This document shows positions 10,189 through 20,319 of a stretch of DNA of 64,000 nt, piece by piece. The stretch lies in the NCBI GenBank assembly GCA_963760795.1, contig CAVXEP010000020.1:32001-96000 (forward strand). The letters run 5' to 3'. The first letter of the stretch is position 1, and every line of letters starts with the position of its first letter. Made by a program: the position numbers and the translations under genes. This DNA is from an uncultured delta proteobacterium. GTDB taxonomy: Bacteria; Desulfobacterota; Binatia; UBA9968. The notes below the pieces were generated by a model, which saw nothing but the letters and a program-made list of their open reading frames with translations, ran no database searches and was not told where the DNA came from.

Positions 10189-11379
10189 TTATGCGAGCGA
10201 CACCAGTTCAGGATCGCGCTTGAATAGAGCTTCGCAACCCGTCTCCGTCACGATCACCGGCCCGCCAAAGGCGAAGTGAATCCTGCCGTCGGCGGACAGC
10301 GCCATCGGTTTCCAGACAAAGGTATTGTTCTTCTCAATGGCTAAATCTCGGGCACGGTCACTTTTCGTTCGAAGCGTGAACCGCGGCCCATCGTCGCCAT
10401 AGCCACAGCCATGCAATTGTAAAGTCGTTCGCATGCCGCTTTTTGAGCCGAAGCCGCTAACGAAATCTTCCAGCGCGCCGAAGCTCACGCCGGGTTTGAT
10501 GAATTGCAACCCAGCTTCGTAAACCTCCCGTTGCAGCGCGATCACCGGTTTCCAGGCGTCAGGAATCTTGCCCAGCAACACCGGCTGGCATATCTGCGTC
10601 AACTGCGCACCCATGATCGCGTTGATCTCGCTGGTAATAGATGCGCCGGCTTCGAGCCTGCGGCCAATGGGCGGATTGGTAAAGCGCTGCGGTTTCGCCG
10701 TGTCGATCGCATCGATCGTCAGAGTCATCGGGAAGTATTCGCTGCGCAGCGCCAACATCTTGGCCAACACGTCGGAATAAAAAACCCCGGCGTCAACACC
10801 CGGACAGGCAAGCTTAATCAGTTCATCCAGAGCTGCCGCCGCCACCTCGGCGGAACGGCGGATGAATGGAATCTCTTCCGCGCTCTTCACATAGCGCACC
10901 AGACCGATCACATCCGTGGCGTCTTCGAAGTGCGCGCTCGGCACTTTGCTCATGGCGGTTTCGAGAGCGGTGTGATTGACCACGCCGTCCATAGAGCAGC
11001 AGTGCGTTACGCGGCCGCCTTTCAAGCCGGCCACGCCGATGCGCGCCCGCTCGAAACCCAGGTCGCACAGCGCTTCGCCCATGGGCTCCGCCCACTCGCG
11101 GCCGGTCTGCCAAGGGTCGGGCACCCATTCGTTGTTCGATCGGCGGTCGGCGACGACGATCGGCGCCCGTCCGTCGGTCGGCAAGACCATCGCCGAGCAA
11201 CGCAATTGCGTCATGTAGCGCGCATCGATGCCGTCGCCGAGAGGCACGAGAATGCAGTCGAAGCCAGCTTGCGCAGCGTTGGCACGCACCGCATTCCAGC
11301 GCCGATCGCGCTCCACCAGCGAATAACCATTCCAAACAAAAACCGTCGCGCCGGATCCCGGCGGCGTAGTCCACGGCAT
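10189..11379 (-). CDS. M24 peptidase/creatinase-fold protein
   Basis: ERDRRWNAVR N-domain, RYVKSAEE hinge, HGCGYGDDGP. Confidence 0.82.
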   Translation of the reverse strand: MPWTTPPGSGATVFVWNGYSLVERDRRWNAVRANAAQAGFDCILVPLGDGIDARYMTQLRCSAMVLPTDGRAPIVVADRRSNNEWVPDPWQTGREWAEPMGEALCDLGFERARIGVAGLKGGRVTHCCSMDGVVNHTALETAMSKVPSAHFEDATDVIGLVRYVKSAEEIPFIRRSAEVAAAALDELIKLACPGVDAGVFYSDVLAKMLALRSEYFPMTLTIDAIDTAKPQRFTNPPIGRRLEAGASITSEINAIMGAQLTQICQPVLLGKIPDAWKPVIALQREVYEAGLQFIKPGVSFGALEDFVSGFGSKSGMRTTLQLHGCGYGDDGPRFTLRTKSDRARDLAIEKNNTFVWKPMALSADGRIHFAFGGPVIVTETGCEALFKRDPELVSLA

Positions 11380-11448
11380 AAAAGCTTCCCTTCGGTTCGC
11401 TGTTTCGAGTTCTGAGTAGAACCCGAAACTCGAAACCCAAAACGCATT

Positions 11449-12663
11449 TTAAGTAATCGAGACCATCCCCGGCGTGCGCTGAACCAGCGGCTCCCCACCC
11501 TTATCCGTCACCAGCACGCACCCGCCCCAGCTAGTGTCGAAGGTGCCGTCGGCGCTATGGGCGATCGGTTTTAGAATAAACACGTTGCCCGCCTCGAGCC
11601 CGACCTCGCGATTGCGCATGCCGCGGTTTTGCGGCGTGAACAACGGACCGTCGTCGCCGTAGCCGCGTCCATGCATGAGCAGCTGGCTTTTCATGCCGCG
11701 CTTCTCGCCAAAAGTATTAATCAGATCCATGAATTCGGCGAAGGGGCGGCCCGGCGTGAGATATTCCAGGCCGGCGTAATACATTTCCTTTTGCAGCTCG
11801 ATGGCGGGCTTCCACGACTCGGGAATGGCACCCAAGAGAATCGGCTGCTGCTCCTGGGCGATCAGCCCGCCGAACACCGCATCGACTTCGTTGGCGATCT
11901 TGTACATCGGCTGGAGCGTGCGCCCTTCCATCGGATCTTCAAAGCGCGGCAAGCGCCCGCCGCCGTTGGCGCCGCTGTAGAACGCCATCGGATAGTATTC
12001 GCTGCCGAGCGAGATCATCCGGTGCATCACCTGGGTGTACAGATAACCCTCGTCGACACCCGGCCGCGCCAGCTCGATCATCTTATCGATGCCCGCCGCG
12101 GCGATCGCCGCGCCGCGCCGCAGGCAAGCGATCTGCTCCGCGCTTTTGACATAACGCGCATAACCGATCGCCTCCGTGCCGTTTTCAAAACTCGCGTTGG
12201 GCAAACGCTTGATTACTTCGGCGTAGGAGCTGTGATTGACCACGCCGTGGAACGCGCGCCCATGGGTGTAAAACCCCCGGTGGGTGCCGGAGACACCGAT
12301 GCGCGCGCGCTCCATGCCGGCGTCGATCAGCGCCTGCGCCATCGTTTGGCCCCAGGAACCTTGCACCGGGAGAAACTCGGGAATCCACGCGTTACCGTCT
12401 TCCTGGTCGGAAATCACGATTGGCTTGCGGCCATCGGTGGGCAGAATTACCGCCGCGTTGTCGAGCGTAGTCAGAAACCGGCAGTCCGAGCGCGTGCCGC
12501 GATGCTGCTCCAGGGACAAATGCAGATTGCGCCCGTCCACACATAGCGGTACGAATACACAGTCAAACCCCGCCTTCGCCGCGTTATCGCGCACCCGCTG
12601 CCAACGCCAGTCGCGCTCCGCCAAAGAATAGCCGGTCCATTTGATATCTGCTGGGGCTTCCAT
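11449..12663 (-). CDS. M24 peptidase/creatinase-fold protein (tandem paralog)
   Basis: ERDWRWQRVR, RYVKSAEQ, HGRGYGDDGP. Confidence 0.82.
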   Translation of the reverse strand: MEAPADIKWTGYSLAERDWRWQRVRDNAAKAGFDCVFVPLCVDGRNLHLSLEQHRGTRSDCRFLTTLDNAAVILPTDGRKPIVISDQEDGNAWIPEFLPVQGSWGQTMAQALIDAGMERARIGVSGTHRGFYTHGRAFHGVVNHSSYAEVIKRLPNASFENGTEAIGYARYVKSAEQIACLRRGAAIAAAGIDKMIELARPGVDEGYLYTQVMHRMISLGSEYYPMAFYSGANGGGRLPRFEDPMEGRTLQPMYKIANEVDAVFGGLIAQEQQPILLGAIPESWKPAIELQKEMYYAGLEYLTPGRPFAEFMDLINTFGEKRGMKSQLLMHGRGYGDDGPLFTPQNRGMRNREVGLEAGNVFILKPIAHSADGTFDTSWGGCVLVTDKGGEPLVQRTPGMVSIT

Positions 12664-12761
12664 TTACGTGACCGTCCCTTCAGTTCGCTCGCCGCGTGAT
12701 CACCGAAACGGTTTGAACGATTTGAACTGTTTGAACCTTTTGAACAAATTTTTTCAATGAC

Positions 12762-13738
12762 TCACCGGCGCTGCAACACTTCCGGATTAGCAACATGAAT
12801 CGGCTTGCCGGCGAGATACGCCATGATTTGTTCCACCGCCAAGCCATAGTGAATCTCATAGGTCTCGGCGGTAACGAAGCCCAGATGCGGCGTGCAGATC
12901 GCGTTGTCGAGCTTGAGCAGTGGATGATCGGCAGCGAAGATCGGTTCGTCTTCGTAGACATCGACGGCGGCGAAACCCGGTCGCCCCATTTTTAGGGCAT
13001 CGACCAATGCGCCATCTTCGATCAGCTTCGCCCGGCTGGTGTTGACCAGCAGCGCCGTCGGCTTCATGCGCGCCAAATCCGAACCGCGTGATAATCCCGC
13101 GAGTCTCGCGCACCATCGGCAAGTGCAGCGTCAAAATATCCGACTCGGCAAAAAATTCTTCGCGGCTGCGCCGCCACTTCGTAACCCGCGAGCCGCGCCC
13201 GCGCCAACGAAGCGCCGCGCCCCCAGCAAAGCACCCGCGCGCCAAAGGCCTTACCGATATTCGCGACGATGGAACCGATACCGCCGAGGGCGTAGACCCC
13301 TAACGTCTTGCCGAAGATATCGACACCCACGGTCGACTGCCAGCGTCCCTGGCGCAGCCCGTGAACTTCTTCGGGTACATGGCGCAGCGCCGCCAGTATC
13401 AGCGCCCAGGTTAGCTCCGCGGTGGAATGAGGCCGGCCCTTGCCGCCGGCGCACACCATCACGCCGCGCTCGGTGCATGATTTGAGATCGATATGGGCGG
13501 TCACGCGCCCCGTCTGGCTGATCAGCCGTAAGTTGGGTAACGCCTCAAGCAACGGACGGCGTATCCATGACCGCTGCTGCGTCAAGATAACGCACTCGGC
13601 ATCGCTCAGTCGTCCAGCAAGCTGCGCCGGATCCTTCAGCGTATCGTTGTAAATCTCGACCTCATGTCCGGCAAGCTTAGAGAAGCAGGACATCTGCCGG
13701 AAGGCATCCTGGTAATCGTCGATAACGGTGATCTTCAT
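12762..13738 (-). CDS. D-2-hydroxyacid dehydrogenase family protein, two apparent frameshifts (about 13168 and 13083)
   Basis: MKITVIDDYQ, GKTLGVYALGGIG, SDILTLHL, LVNTSRA, DVYEDEP, TPHLGFV spread over three frames. Confidence 0.88.
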
Positions 13739-13763
13739 TGGCTAGGAATTGGTTGACTGATTT

Positions 13764-14006
13764 TCACCGCAGAGACGCTGAGGGCACAGAGGAAATACAA
13801 AACGTCATGATTACGATACGACTAAGCGCAAATGGATTCCGAATTACGCACATTCAAGACCGAGACCACCACTCCGCCGCCCCAGGGCGTATGCCATACG
13901 CCCCTACATTCGGATTTCCTCTTGGAATTTACTTTGTGCCATTTGCGTTCTTTGCGACCATTCATCCGAATCCGATTTTTTGTGACCTTTGTGCTCTTTG
14001 TGGTCA
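13764..14006. repeat. Composite intergenic repeat cluster
   Basis: caccgcagagacgctgag, gggcgtatgccatacgcccc, tttgcgttctttgcg; about 13870-13930 nearly matches about 21412-21475. Confidence 0.75.
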
Positions 14007-14017
14007 AAACTTTTCGA

Positions 14018-14488
14018 TCACTCATCCTCGCCGAGCATCGTGCCGCGGCAGCGCTTGGCGCCGCACAGGCAGGCATGGTCGCGCTTGGCTTTCTTGGTGT
14101 GCTTCTCGCCGATCTGCAGGTTGTAATCGTAGGCGAGCTCTTCGCCGGGACGAATATCGCGGCGCGCTTCGATAAACACCCGGTGATTTTCTTCCTCGAT
14201 CTCGCAGTTGGGCGCGCAAGAGTGATTGATCCAGCGCGCCGAATTTCCCCCGCGGGTAGCGTCGATCACCAACTCATCGTCGACGGAAAACAACATCGTG
14301 TGCGACGAGTTTTCATGAAGCCGGCCGAAACGCCGGTCCGCCTCTTTGTCGGTTATCAGCTTGCCTTTGTACTCGATAATCCGCGTGCCCTTGGGAATCG
14401 GCCGCAGCGCGAATACCCCGCGTCCATGGATCGGCGAGTTGCGCACGACGATGCGCCGGTGAATCTTTTTGCCTTTGGTCTTTTTCAT
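14018..14488 (-). CDS. SET domain protein-lysine methyltransferase with post-SET zinc motif
   Basis: SPIHGRGVFA, RWINHSCAPN, EELAYDY, CLCGAKRC. Confidence 0.93.
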   Translation of the reverse strand: MKKTKGKKIHRRIVVRNSPIHGRGVFALRPIPKGTRIIEYKGKLITDKEADRRFGRLHENSSHTMLFSVDDELVIDATRGGNSARWINHSCAPNCEIEEENHRVFIEARRDIRPGEELAYDYNLQIGEKHTKKAKRDHACLCGAKRCRGTMLGEDE

Positions 14489-14517
14489 ATTCTTAGATTA
14501 TTGAGCGCGCGCGGAGC

Positions 14518-15949
14518 TTAATCCTTGTCCATAGATTTGACGAATTGCATCATGCGCTCGGCCGGCGCCGGGTCTTGATAAGAAGCGTAGAGCCGTTGGC
14601 GCATGCGGTCGACTTCACCGCTCTGCAAGCGCTCGTAGAGCTGGCTGCGCTTGCCGAACGGCGTCATGACCATATCCGCGGCCACCGCCATCAGAGCGCA
14701 GGTGCTCTTTGGTATCCGGCGCGCCGCCGCGGAAGTAGCGCTCGACAAACGGCCCGAGGTCGGCGCTTTTCAAGTCCGACGCGCCGCCGCTCAACATCAG
14801 CGTGCTGGTCAACAAACCTTCCATGGTCCGCTCGGCGCGGTCCGACGCTTCGATGCTGTGAACCCGATACGCCGAGCTCAACAGCGGCGCCCAGGTGCCG
14901 CCGCCGGCGCGGTAGCCTTTCGACTCGGCCACTTGAATGCACGAGCGCAGGATTTCGATGTCCTGCATCAAACTCGCCAGCAGGATCTGCGACGGCGGGC
15001 TGGTGTTGCGCTTGGCGTACTGCGTCAAGATCTGCGCCACGCCGAGAAATGCCTCGAGCTTGATCACCAGCCGCAGCATCGTCGAGTACTGCCCCCAGGT
15101 GTGAATGTACATAATTCCTGAAAGCAGCTGCGGATCTTTGTAAACGAACATGCGCTCCCACGGCACGACGACATCGTCGAAGATCAGCGCCGCATCGACT
15201 TCGTCGAAGCGCGTGGTCAGCGGCTGGCGCTCGGGATCGGCATGTTCGGCGTAAAGATCGCGGCAGAGAATTTTTAATCCCTTGGTGTTCATCGGGATGG
15301 CGAAGGCGATGGCGTAATCTTGCTCGTCCGGTTCCCGCGGCCGGTTCGGATAGACGATCACCTCGTCGGCGATCGGCGCCAAGGTCGCCAGCGTGCGCAA
15401 GCCGCGCACTACGGGACCTTCCTTGGTCTCGCCGACGACCCGCAGAATCAGATCGGGATCGGCCTGTTTGCCCACCGGCTTGGTGCGGTCGTAGTACTGG
15501 TCGGTCAAGGCGTGGGTGAGACAGAGGTCGTTGCGGCTGACATAGCGATGATAGGCGCGGGCGTTGTCGGCCCATTGCTTGTTGGTCTTTTCGATATGAT
15601 GGGACCAGTCGAGCAGTCCAACCACCAGCTCGGCGACGAACTCCGGGTAGCGCCCCATCTGGCCGAAGGTCTGCTGCGCCCAGAATTCGATATTGCGCCG
15701 CTTGAGCAGAAGCTCGTCATGATTCTTCGGCGGCAGGTAGCTGTAGGAAATCCGCTCGCCTTCGTACTCGCAGGTCATGACATCGCGATGCTCCGGCGCA
15801 TGCTGCTTGTCGTACATATCAGCCAAGGTCTTGATCGTGCCGGTGAAACCGGAATGCGCCGTCACGTCGGCAATGCGCTTACCCGCATGCCACACCTCGC
15901 GGCCGTCGCGCAGCGCCTCGATATAATCCGCCCCTCGTCTAATGGGCAT
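14518..15949 (-). CDS. 4-hydroxyphenylacetate 3-monooxygenase oxygenase-like protein (HpaB family), apparent frameshift at about 14697
   Basis: GADYIEALRDGREVW, MGRYPE, GLKILCR, RFDEVDAALIFDDVVVPWER; C-terminal RSQLYER in a second frame. Confidence 0.88.
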
Positions 15950-16146
15950 GAGAAAAAACCTCCAGAGCCGATATTACTGCTGTTGAAAGCACCAAACTTT
16001 ATAGCGTTAATCCGACACCGCAAGCAACCGCCTGACACTTGTTCATGGATTCTAAACCAGCTAACTGCGCTCAGGTTGACAGCCGGAGCGCCAGCAGGTT
16101 AAGACCGCGCTAGCACCAGGCTGATCCGACGAGTGGGGAGCATGCC

Positions 16147-17136
16147 ATGATCATCAAGGTGCTGATTGCTCTGAACCTGTTGTTGTTCGCTTCGAGCAAC
16201 GGATACACCGGACAAGCGTCGAGCGCGCCGCTTTCCATGCGCTTTCTCTACCCAAGCCTGAGCGGCACCTTCGCCGCGGCTTGGATCGCCAAGGAAACGG
16301 GATACTTTGCCGCGGAAAATCTCGACGTCGAACTGATTCGCGTCGGCGGCAGCACGCGCATCGTCGCGTCCATGGTCGGCGGCAGCGCGCCGATCATTCA
16401 TGCCGGCGCCTCCGCCAGCATGGCCGCCACCGTGGCGGGCAGCGATTCGGTGATCATCGGCTGCATGAGCACCAAGTCGCCGTTTCATCTGATCGCCCGT
16501 CCGGAGATCAAGCAACCCAGCGATCTAAAAGGCAAGCGCGCCGGCATCAGCGCTTTCGGCGCGACTTCTGATTTTCTCGTGCGGCTGGCGCTGCGCAGGT
16601 TCGGCTTGGAACCGGGCAAGGACGTGGCGATCTTGCCCACCGGCGGCGAGTCGGAAGCCTTCGCCGCATTGCAGGCGGGCAGCGTGCAGGTCGCCGCCTT
16701 GGCCTATCCCGCCTACATCCACGCAATGAAGATGGACATGAAAGAGTTGGTCAATTTTTCCGAGCTCGGTTTCGAAGCGGTAAACGCCGCGCTGGTCAGC
16801 ACCCGCTCCTATCTGGCCAACAATCGCGATCAATCCACCCGCTTCGTCCGCGCCCTCATCCGCGGCATGCACCGTTACGCCAGCGACAAAGAGTTCAGCA
16901 AAAAAGTCTTGAGCAAGTACTTTCGCACCACCGATAACGACGTGCTCGAAGCGAGCTGGAAAGATGTCGCGCCGCATCTGCTAAAAGTGCCGCGCCCATC
17001 GGCGAAAGCGATCCAGTTCATCATCGATGGCCAGTTCAAAGACAAAACCCCGCCGCCCAAAGCGGAAATGTTCGTCGACACCTCGATCGTCGATCAGCTC
17101 GAACGCAGCGGCTTTATCGATTCGGTGTACCGGTGA
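16147..17136 (+). CDS. ABC substrate-binding protein (NMT1/SsuA-like)
   Basis: Signal peptide, GYFAAENLDVE, DLKGKRAGISAFG. Confidence 0.9.
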   Translation: MIIKVLIALNLLLFASSNGYTGQASSAPLSMRFLYPSLSGTFAAAWIAKETGYFAAENLDVELIRVGGSTRIVASMVGGSAPIIHAGASASMAATVAGSDSVIIGCMSTKSPFHLIARPEIKQPSDLKGKRAGISAFGATSDFLVRLALRRFGLEPGKDVAILPTGGESEAFAALQAGSVQVAALAYPAYIHAMKMDMKELVNFSELGFEAVNAALVSTRSYLANNRDQSTRFVRALIRGMHRYASDKEFSKKVLSKYFRTTDNDVLEASWKDVAPHLLKVPRPSAKAIQFIIDGQFKDKTPPPKAEMFVDTSIVDQLERSGFIDSVYR

Positions 17137-17316
17137 TGATTTGCCGCGTTAACTGCGCAACAGAGAAGGTCGTCGGGCAGGTTTCTCGCGCCGAAAATTA
17201 GGAACGAATCGGCTAATTCATCGCAGAGACGCCGAGGATGCCAGGGGGGAGAGGAATATACTCTCTGCGAACTCTGCGCCTCTGCGGTGAGTCTTTTCTG
17301 TCTCTAGTAATTGGCT

Positions 17317-17751
17317 CTAATTCTTCTTCCCCGGCTCAGCTTGATAACCCTGTTCTTTCCACTGATTAACCGGGCAAAACGTCGTGCTCTGAAAACCCAT
17401 CTCTTCGGCTAGCTTCGCAGCCTGCGAGCTTTGACGTCCACTGCCTCAGGTGAAGACAATGTAGGTGTCCTTGGCCAGTTTCTTTAGATGGCCGTCGAGT
17501 ACTTCGAGTGGAATATTGATCGCCCCGGGAATGGTTTCTTTCTGGAACTGCTCCGGCGCGCGCACGTCGATAATCAAGATTTTGCCGGCATCGAGTTCTT
17601 TCTTGAGCTCGTCGGCCGGTTTTGGCTTGGCGCCCACCGCCCAGTTGGTCTTGGGATCCACCGGGTAGCGCGGTTGCGCTTGGGCCGCGAACGAAAATGT
17701 TGTCCACAGGATGACCGTAAGCAAACCAACGACAGCTACTTGTGGCTTCAT
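17317..17751 (-). CDS. Putative selenoprotein: secreted rhodanese-domain protein, Sec (U102) encoded by TGA at 17448-17446
   Basis: Signal peptide; IIDVR..E....TIPGAINIP; IVFT-TGA-GSGRQSSQAAKLAEEMGF...WKEQGY continues the rhodanese fold for 42 codons to TAG; downstream hairpin. Confidence 0.85.
17411..17430 (-). promoter_or_regulatory. Putative bacterial SECIS element
   Basis: Minus strand AGCT-CGC-AGGCT-GCG-A-AGCT hairpin; loop starts 22 nt after the TGA. Confidence 0.75.
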
Positions 17752-17786
17752 ATCCGCTCCTTTCAAAGTCGTGCGAAATTATTTTT

Positions 17787-18308
17787 TCAACCGCGATCCG
17801 ACAATTCGAACGCCAGTGTTGCATAGCGCATGAAAACACCGCCGCGCGGTTCCGCCAGCGGACCGTTGGCGACCAGGCATGCGATCACATGCTTGGCGCC
17901 CGGCTGCGCTTTGGCGCTCACCTCAACGCGCTGCGACGCGTTGATGCCGACGATGGTTCCGGCCGGCCGCTCGATCTTGCCGTCGATCCAAATCTCGCCG
18001 TAGTTATCGACGTTGGTTTCGAAGAATACCCGGTAATCGCGCAACGCCACGCCGTTCACCTGCTCCGGCAGCTCGACGGCGATGCGATACCAAGCAAACG
18101 TGAAACCCTTGGAGATACTGCTGCGAATATTGGTGCAAACTGCCCAACCTGAATCATCGAAGTCCGCCAACCGCGGTGGCGCGGCCAATAGCTGCGCTGT
18201 AAGCCCTTCATTCGGCTGGCCCGGCACCAACCCGGGTCCAATGCGCCACTGCCCTTTGACCTTTCGACAATCCTCCGCACTATTCAAATCCAAAGCTATC
18301 CTCGGCAT
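17787..18308 (-). CDS. Hypothetical protein, possible galactose-binding-like beta-sandwich
   Basis: GGAGG RBS, DFDDSGW, AWYR, VDNYGEIWIDG pattern seen in glycoside-hydrolase accessory domains. Confidence 0.7.
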   Translation of the reverse strand: MPRIALDLNSAEDCRKVKGQWRIGPGLVPGQPNEGLTAQLLAAPPRLADFDDSGWAVCTNIRSSISKGFTFAWYRIAVELPEQVNGVALRDYRVFFETNVDNYGEIWIDGKIERPAGTIVGINASQRVEVSAKAQPGAKHVIACLVANGPLAEPRGGVFMRYATLAFELSDRG

Positions 18309-18354
18309 GCTTACCTCCTAAAAGTGAATGATTACCGTAATGCAAAATACTTTT

Positions 18355-18825
18355 TTCACCACGAAGTGTTCATGATCTTACGCTCGCCTACAGAATATGA
18401 AAATGGTTGGGATTCCCTCCATACGCGGTCTGCTTGACGCGTCGTTCCCGCGCACGCGGGAATCCAGGTTTGATCTGCGCCAAATTAGCCTGGATACCCG
18501 CTTTCGCGGGTATGACGGAACCAACGTTTCCTCTTCATTGTGGAGACCCTCACCTTACATGTATTTTCTAAGGAGGGGCACGAAGAACACGAAGGTTTCG
18601 GAGAATAATTATTCCGAACTTCGTGCTCTTCGTGTCCTTCGTGGTGAATACAATCTTGCTACTCTGCGCCATTACGACGGGCGTATACCATACGCCCCGA
18701 CAAACCTGAACGGTGCGTACAGCGCACCCTACGAAGACTTACCTTTGCGCCTTGGCGCCTTTGCGCGAGATATTCCGATTGCCTTGATTCTCTTTATGCG
18801 CCCTTTGCGTTCTTTGCGGCCAATC
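18355..18825. repeat. Nested/composite intergenic repeat cluster
   Basis: Family A element interrupted by an insert of about 210 bp containing a family C pair; followed by gggcgtataccatacgcccc, ggtgcgtacagcgcacc and tttgcg repeats. Confidence 0.8.
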
Positions 18826-18854
18826 TTTCAGCTGCTTGCGCCGTCGCGCGCGCG

Positions 18855-20207
18855 TTAACCTCGGAGAATCTCCGTCAACGATCTTACGTTATCGACTTTT
18901 TCCAAACCCTCGATTAGCGCCAACGCGCGCTCAGCCGCTTCGGCGCTCAAGGTTTCGCGCGCGCACTCGGTAAACTTGCCTCTCAGCTCCGCTTCCGTCA
19001 TGGGAAATTCCGGACTGCCTTTGGAGTGCTGTGCCTCGCGAATATAGGTCTGGCCGCTTTTCGTGCGCAACGTCACCCGGCAGGGGCGGCCGCTCGGGTC
19101 GGTCTTTTTTAGATCATTGCCAAGATTCATCTGCACTCTTTCCGCCAGTTTCAACACATTCGCTTCGCGCACGGCGGCGTCGGTGAATGCATGTAACGAC
19201 ACTTTACCGTCGATCAGCGCCCGCGCCACCAGATAAGGCATGCAAAACTTTCCCTGGATGCTGGTTTGCGGCACTTTGAAAACGATGCGCTCGAAGGTGT
19301 GTTTGGCGACGTCGACGTCGATGCCCTCGACCATCTCCGCAGTCAAGCCGTGTTTGGCTCTGAATTCCAATATCGAATCGATCGCCTGATGCGTCAGCCC
19401 GCCGCAAGGATAAGGCTTGATGCGAATGCCGTCGCTGAGCAGCGCGTAGGACCGGCCCAACTCTTCTATGGGCTTCTCGTCGATCGGCGCACCGGAATGA
19501 AGCACTTTGTAGAAGCCAAAGCCCGATTCGATCGCTTTACCGTTGGCGGTGAAGCCGGATTGCGCCAGCTTGGCCGCGAGCACGCCGTTGCGCGCGCCGA
19601 GGCCGACATGCAACGGCTTGGTCATAGTGCCAAAGTTGGCCACCACACCGCCGGCCATCGATGCCGACATGCCGAGCGCCATTTCAATTTGGGCGGCGTT
19701 GAGCCCGAGCAGCTTGCCGCATGCCGCCGCGGCGCCGAAGGAACCCAGCGTGCTCGGCGCGTGCCAGCCGTCATGTTCGCTGTCGCGCAGCGAGTGCACG
19801 AGCTTTGCCGTGACCTCATAACCAACCGCATAGGCTTCGATGATTTGCCGGCCGCTGGCGCCGAGCGCTTCTCCCAGCGCAAAGGTGGCGGGAATGATCG
19901 GCGCCGTCGGCTGGCCCATCAGGGTAAAGCTGTGATCGAAATCCATCGCGTGCGCCGCCGTGCCGTTCGCCAGCGCCGCGTTGAGCGCGGAAGTTTTGAA
20001 TCTTTGCCCGATGACCGTGGTTTCTTCCTTGGCCTGTTCCTGACGTGCTATCTCGGCGCAAATTTTCGCGTCCTCTTCCTTGCTGCCGGCGAGCGCCACA
20101 CCGAGGCAATCGCGCACAGCGATCTTAGCGGTGGCAATCGCCGCCGCCGGTAGACTTTCATATTTCGCATTGGCGACGAACTGAGCGATCTTTGCGGTTA
20201 CGTCCAT
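18855..20207 (-). CDS. MmgE/PrpD family protein
   Basis: NGTAAHAMDFD, TMTKPLHVG, IKPYPCG, KGSPEFPM. Confidence 0.92.
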   Translation of the reverse strand: MDVTAKIAQFVANAKYESLPAAAIATAKIAVRDCLGVALAGSKEEDAKICAEIARQEQAKEETTVIGQRFKTSALNAALANGTAAHAMDFDHSFTLMGQPTAPIIPATFALGEALGASGRQIIEAYAVGYEVTAKLVHSLRDSEHDGWHAPSTLGSFGAAAACGKLLGLNAAQIEMALGMSASMAGGVVANFGTMTKPLHVGLGARNGVLAAKLAQSGFTANGKAIESGFGFYKVLHSGAPIDEKPIEELGRSYALLSDGIRIKPYPCGGLTHQAIDSILEFRAKHGLTAEMVEGIDVDVAKHTFERIVFKVPQTSIQGKFCMPYLVARALIDGKVSLHAFTDAAVREANVLKLAERVQMNLGNDLKKTDPSGRPCRVTLRTKSGQTYIREAQHSKGSPEFPMTEAELRGKFTECARETLSAEAAERALALIEGLEKVDNVRSLTEILRG

Positions 20208-20319
20208 ATCATTCTCCTCACTTTACTGGGAATTTCAGATTGCAGATTGCATATCTCAGACCCAAGCCAACTGCGCTCAGTCGCGACAACCCGCTGGGCG
20301 ACTATCCGTCATAAATCTT

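Noticed and set aside
10504-15575. Long antisense or alternative-frame ORFs (10504..11415, 11629..12546, 14691..15575 and similar elsewhere)
   Set aside because: Shadow ORFs typical of high-GC coding DNA that overlap well-supported genes.
16110-16125. Another CAGGCTG heptamer (also at about 25062, 44056, 46336 and 53958)
   Set aside because: No in-frame TGA at SECIS distance on the coding strand and no supporting stem.
813-18648. CACGAAG arrays as CRISPR repeats
   Set aside because: Units are 8-10 nt within inverted arms, with no unique spacers and no cas genes.
18397-18858. ORFs lying in repeat clusters (18397..18858, 13738..14175, 24625..24819, 41694..41999, 58181..58443)
   Set aside because: They are translations of intergenic palindromic repeats with no recognisable domain or RBS.
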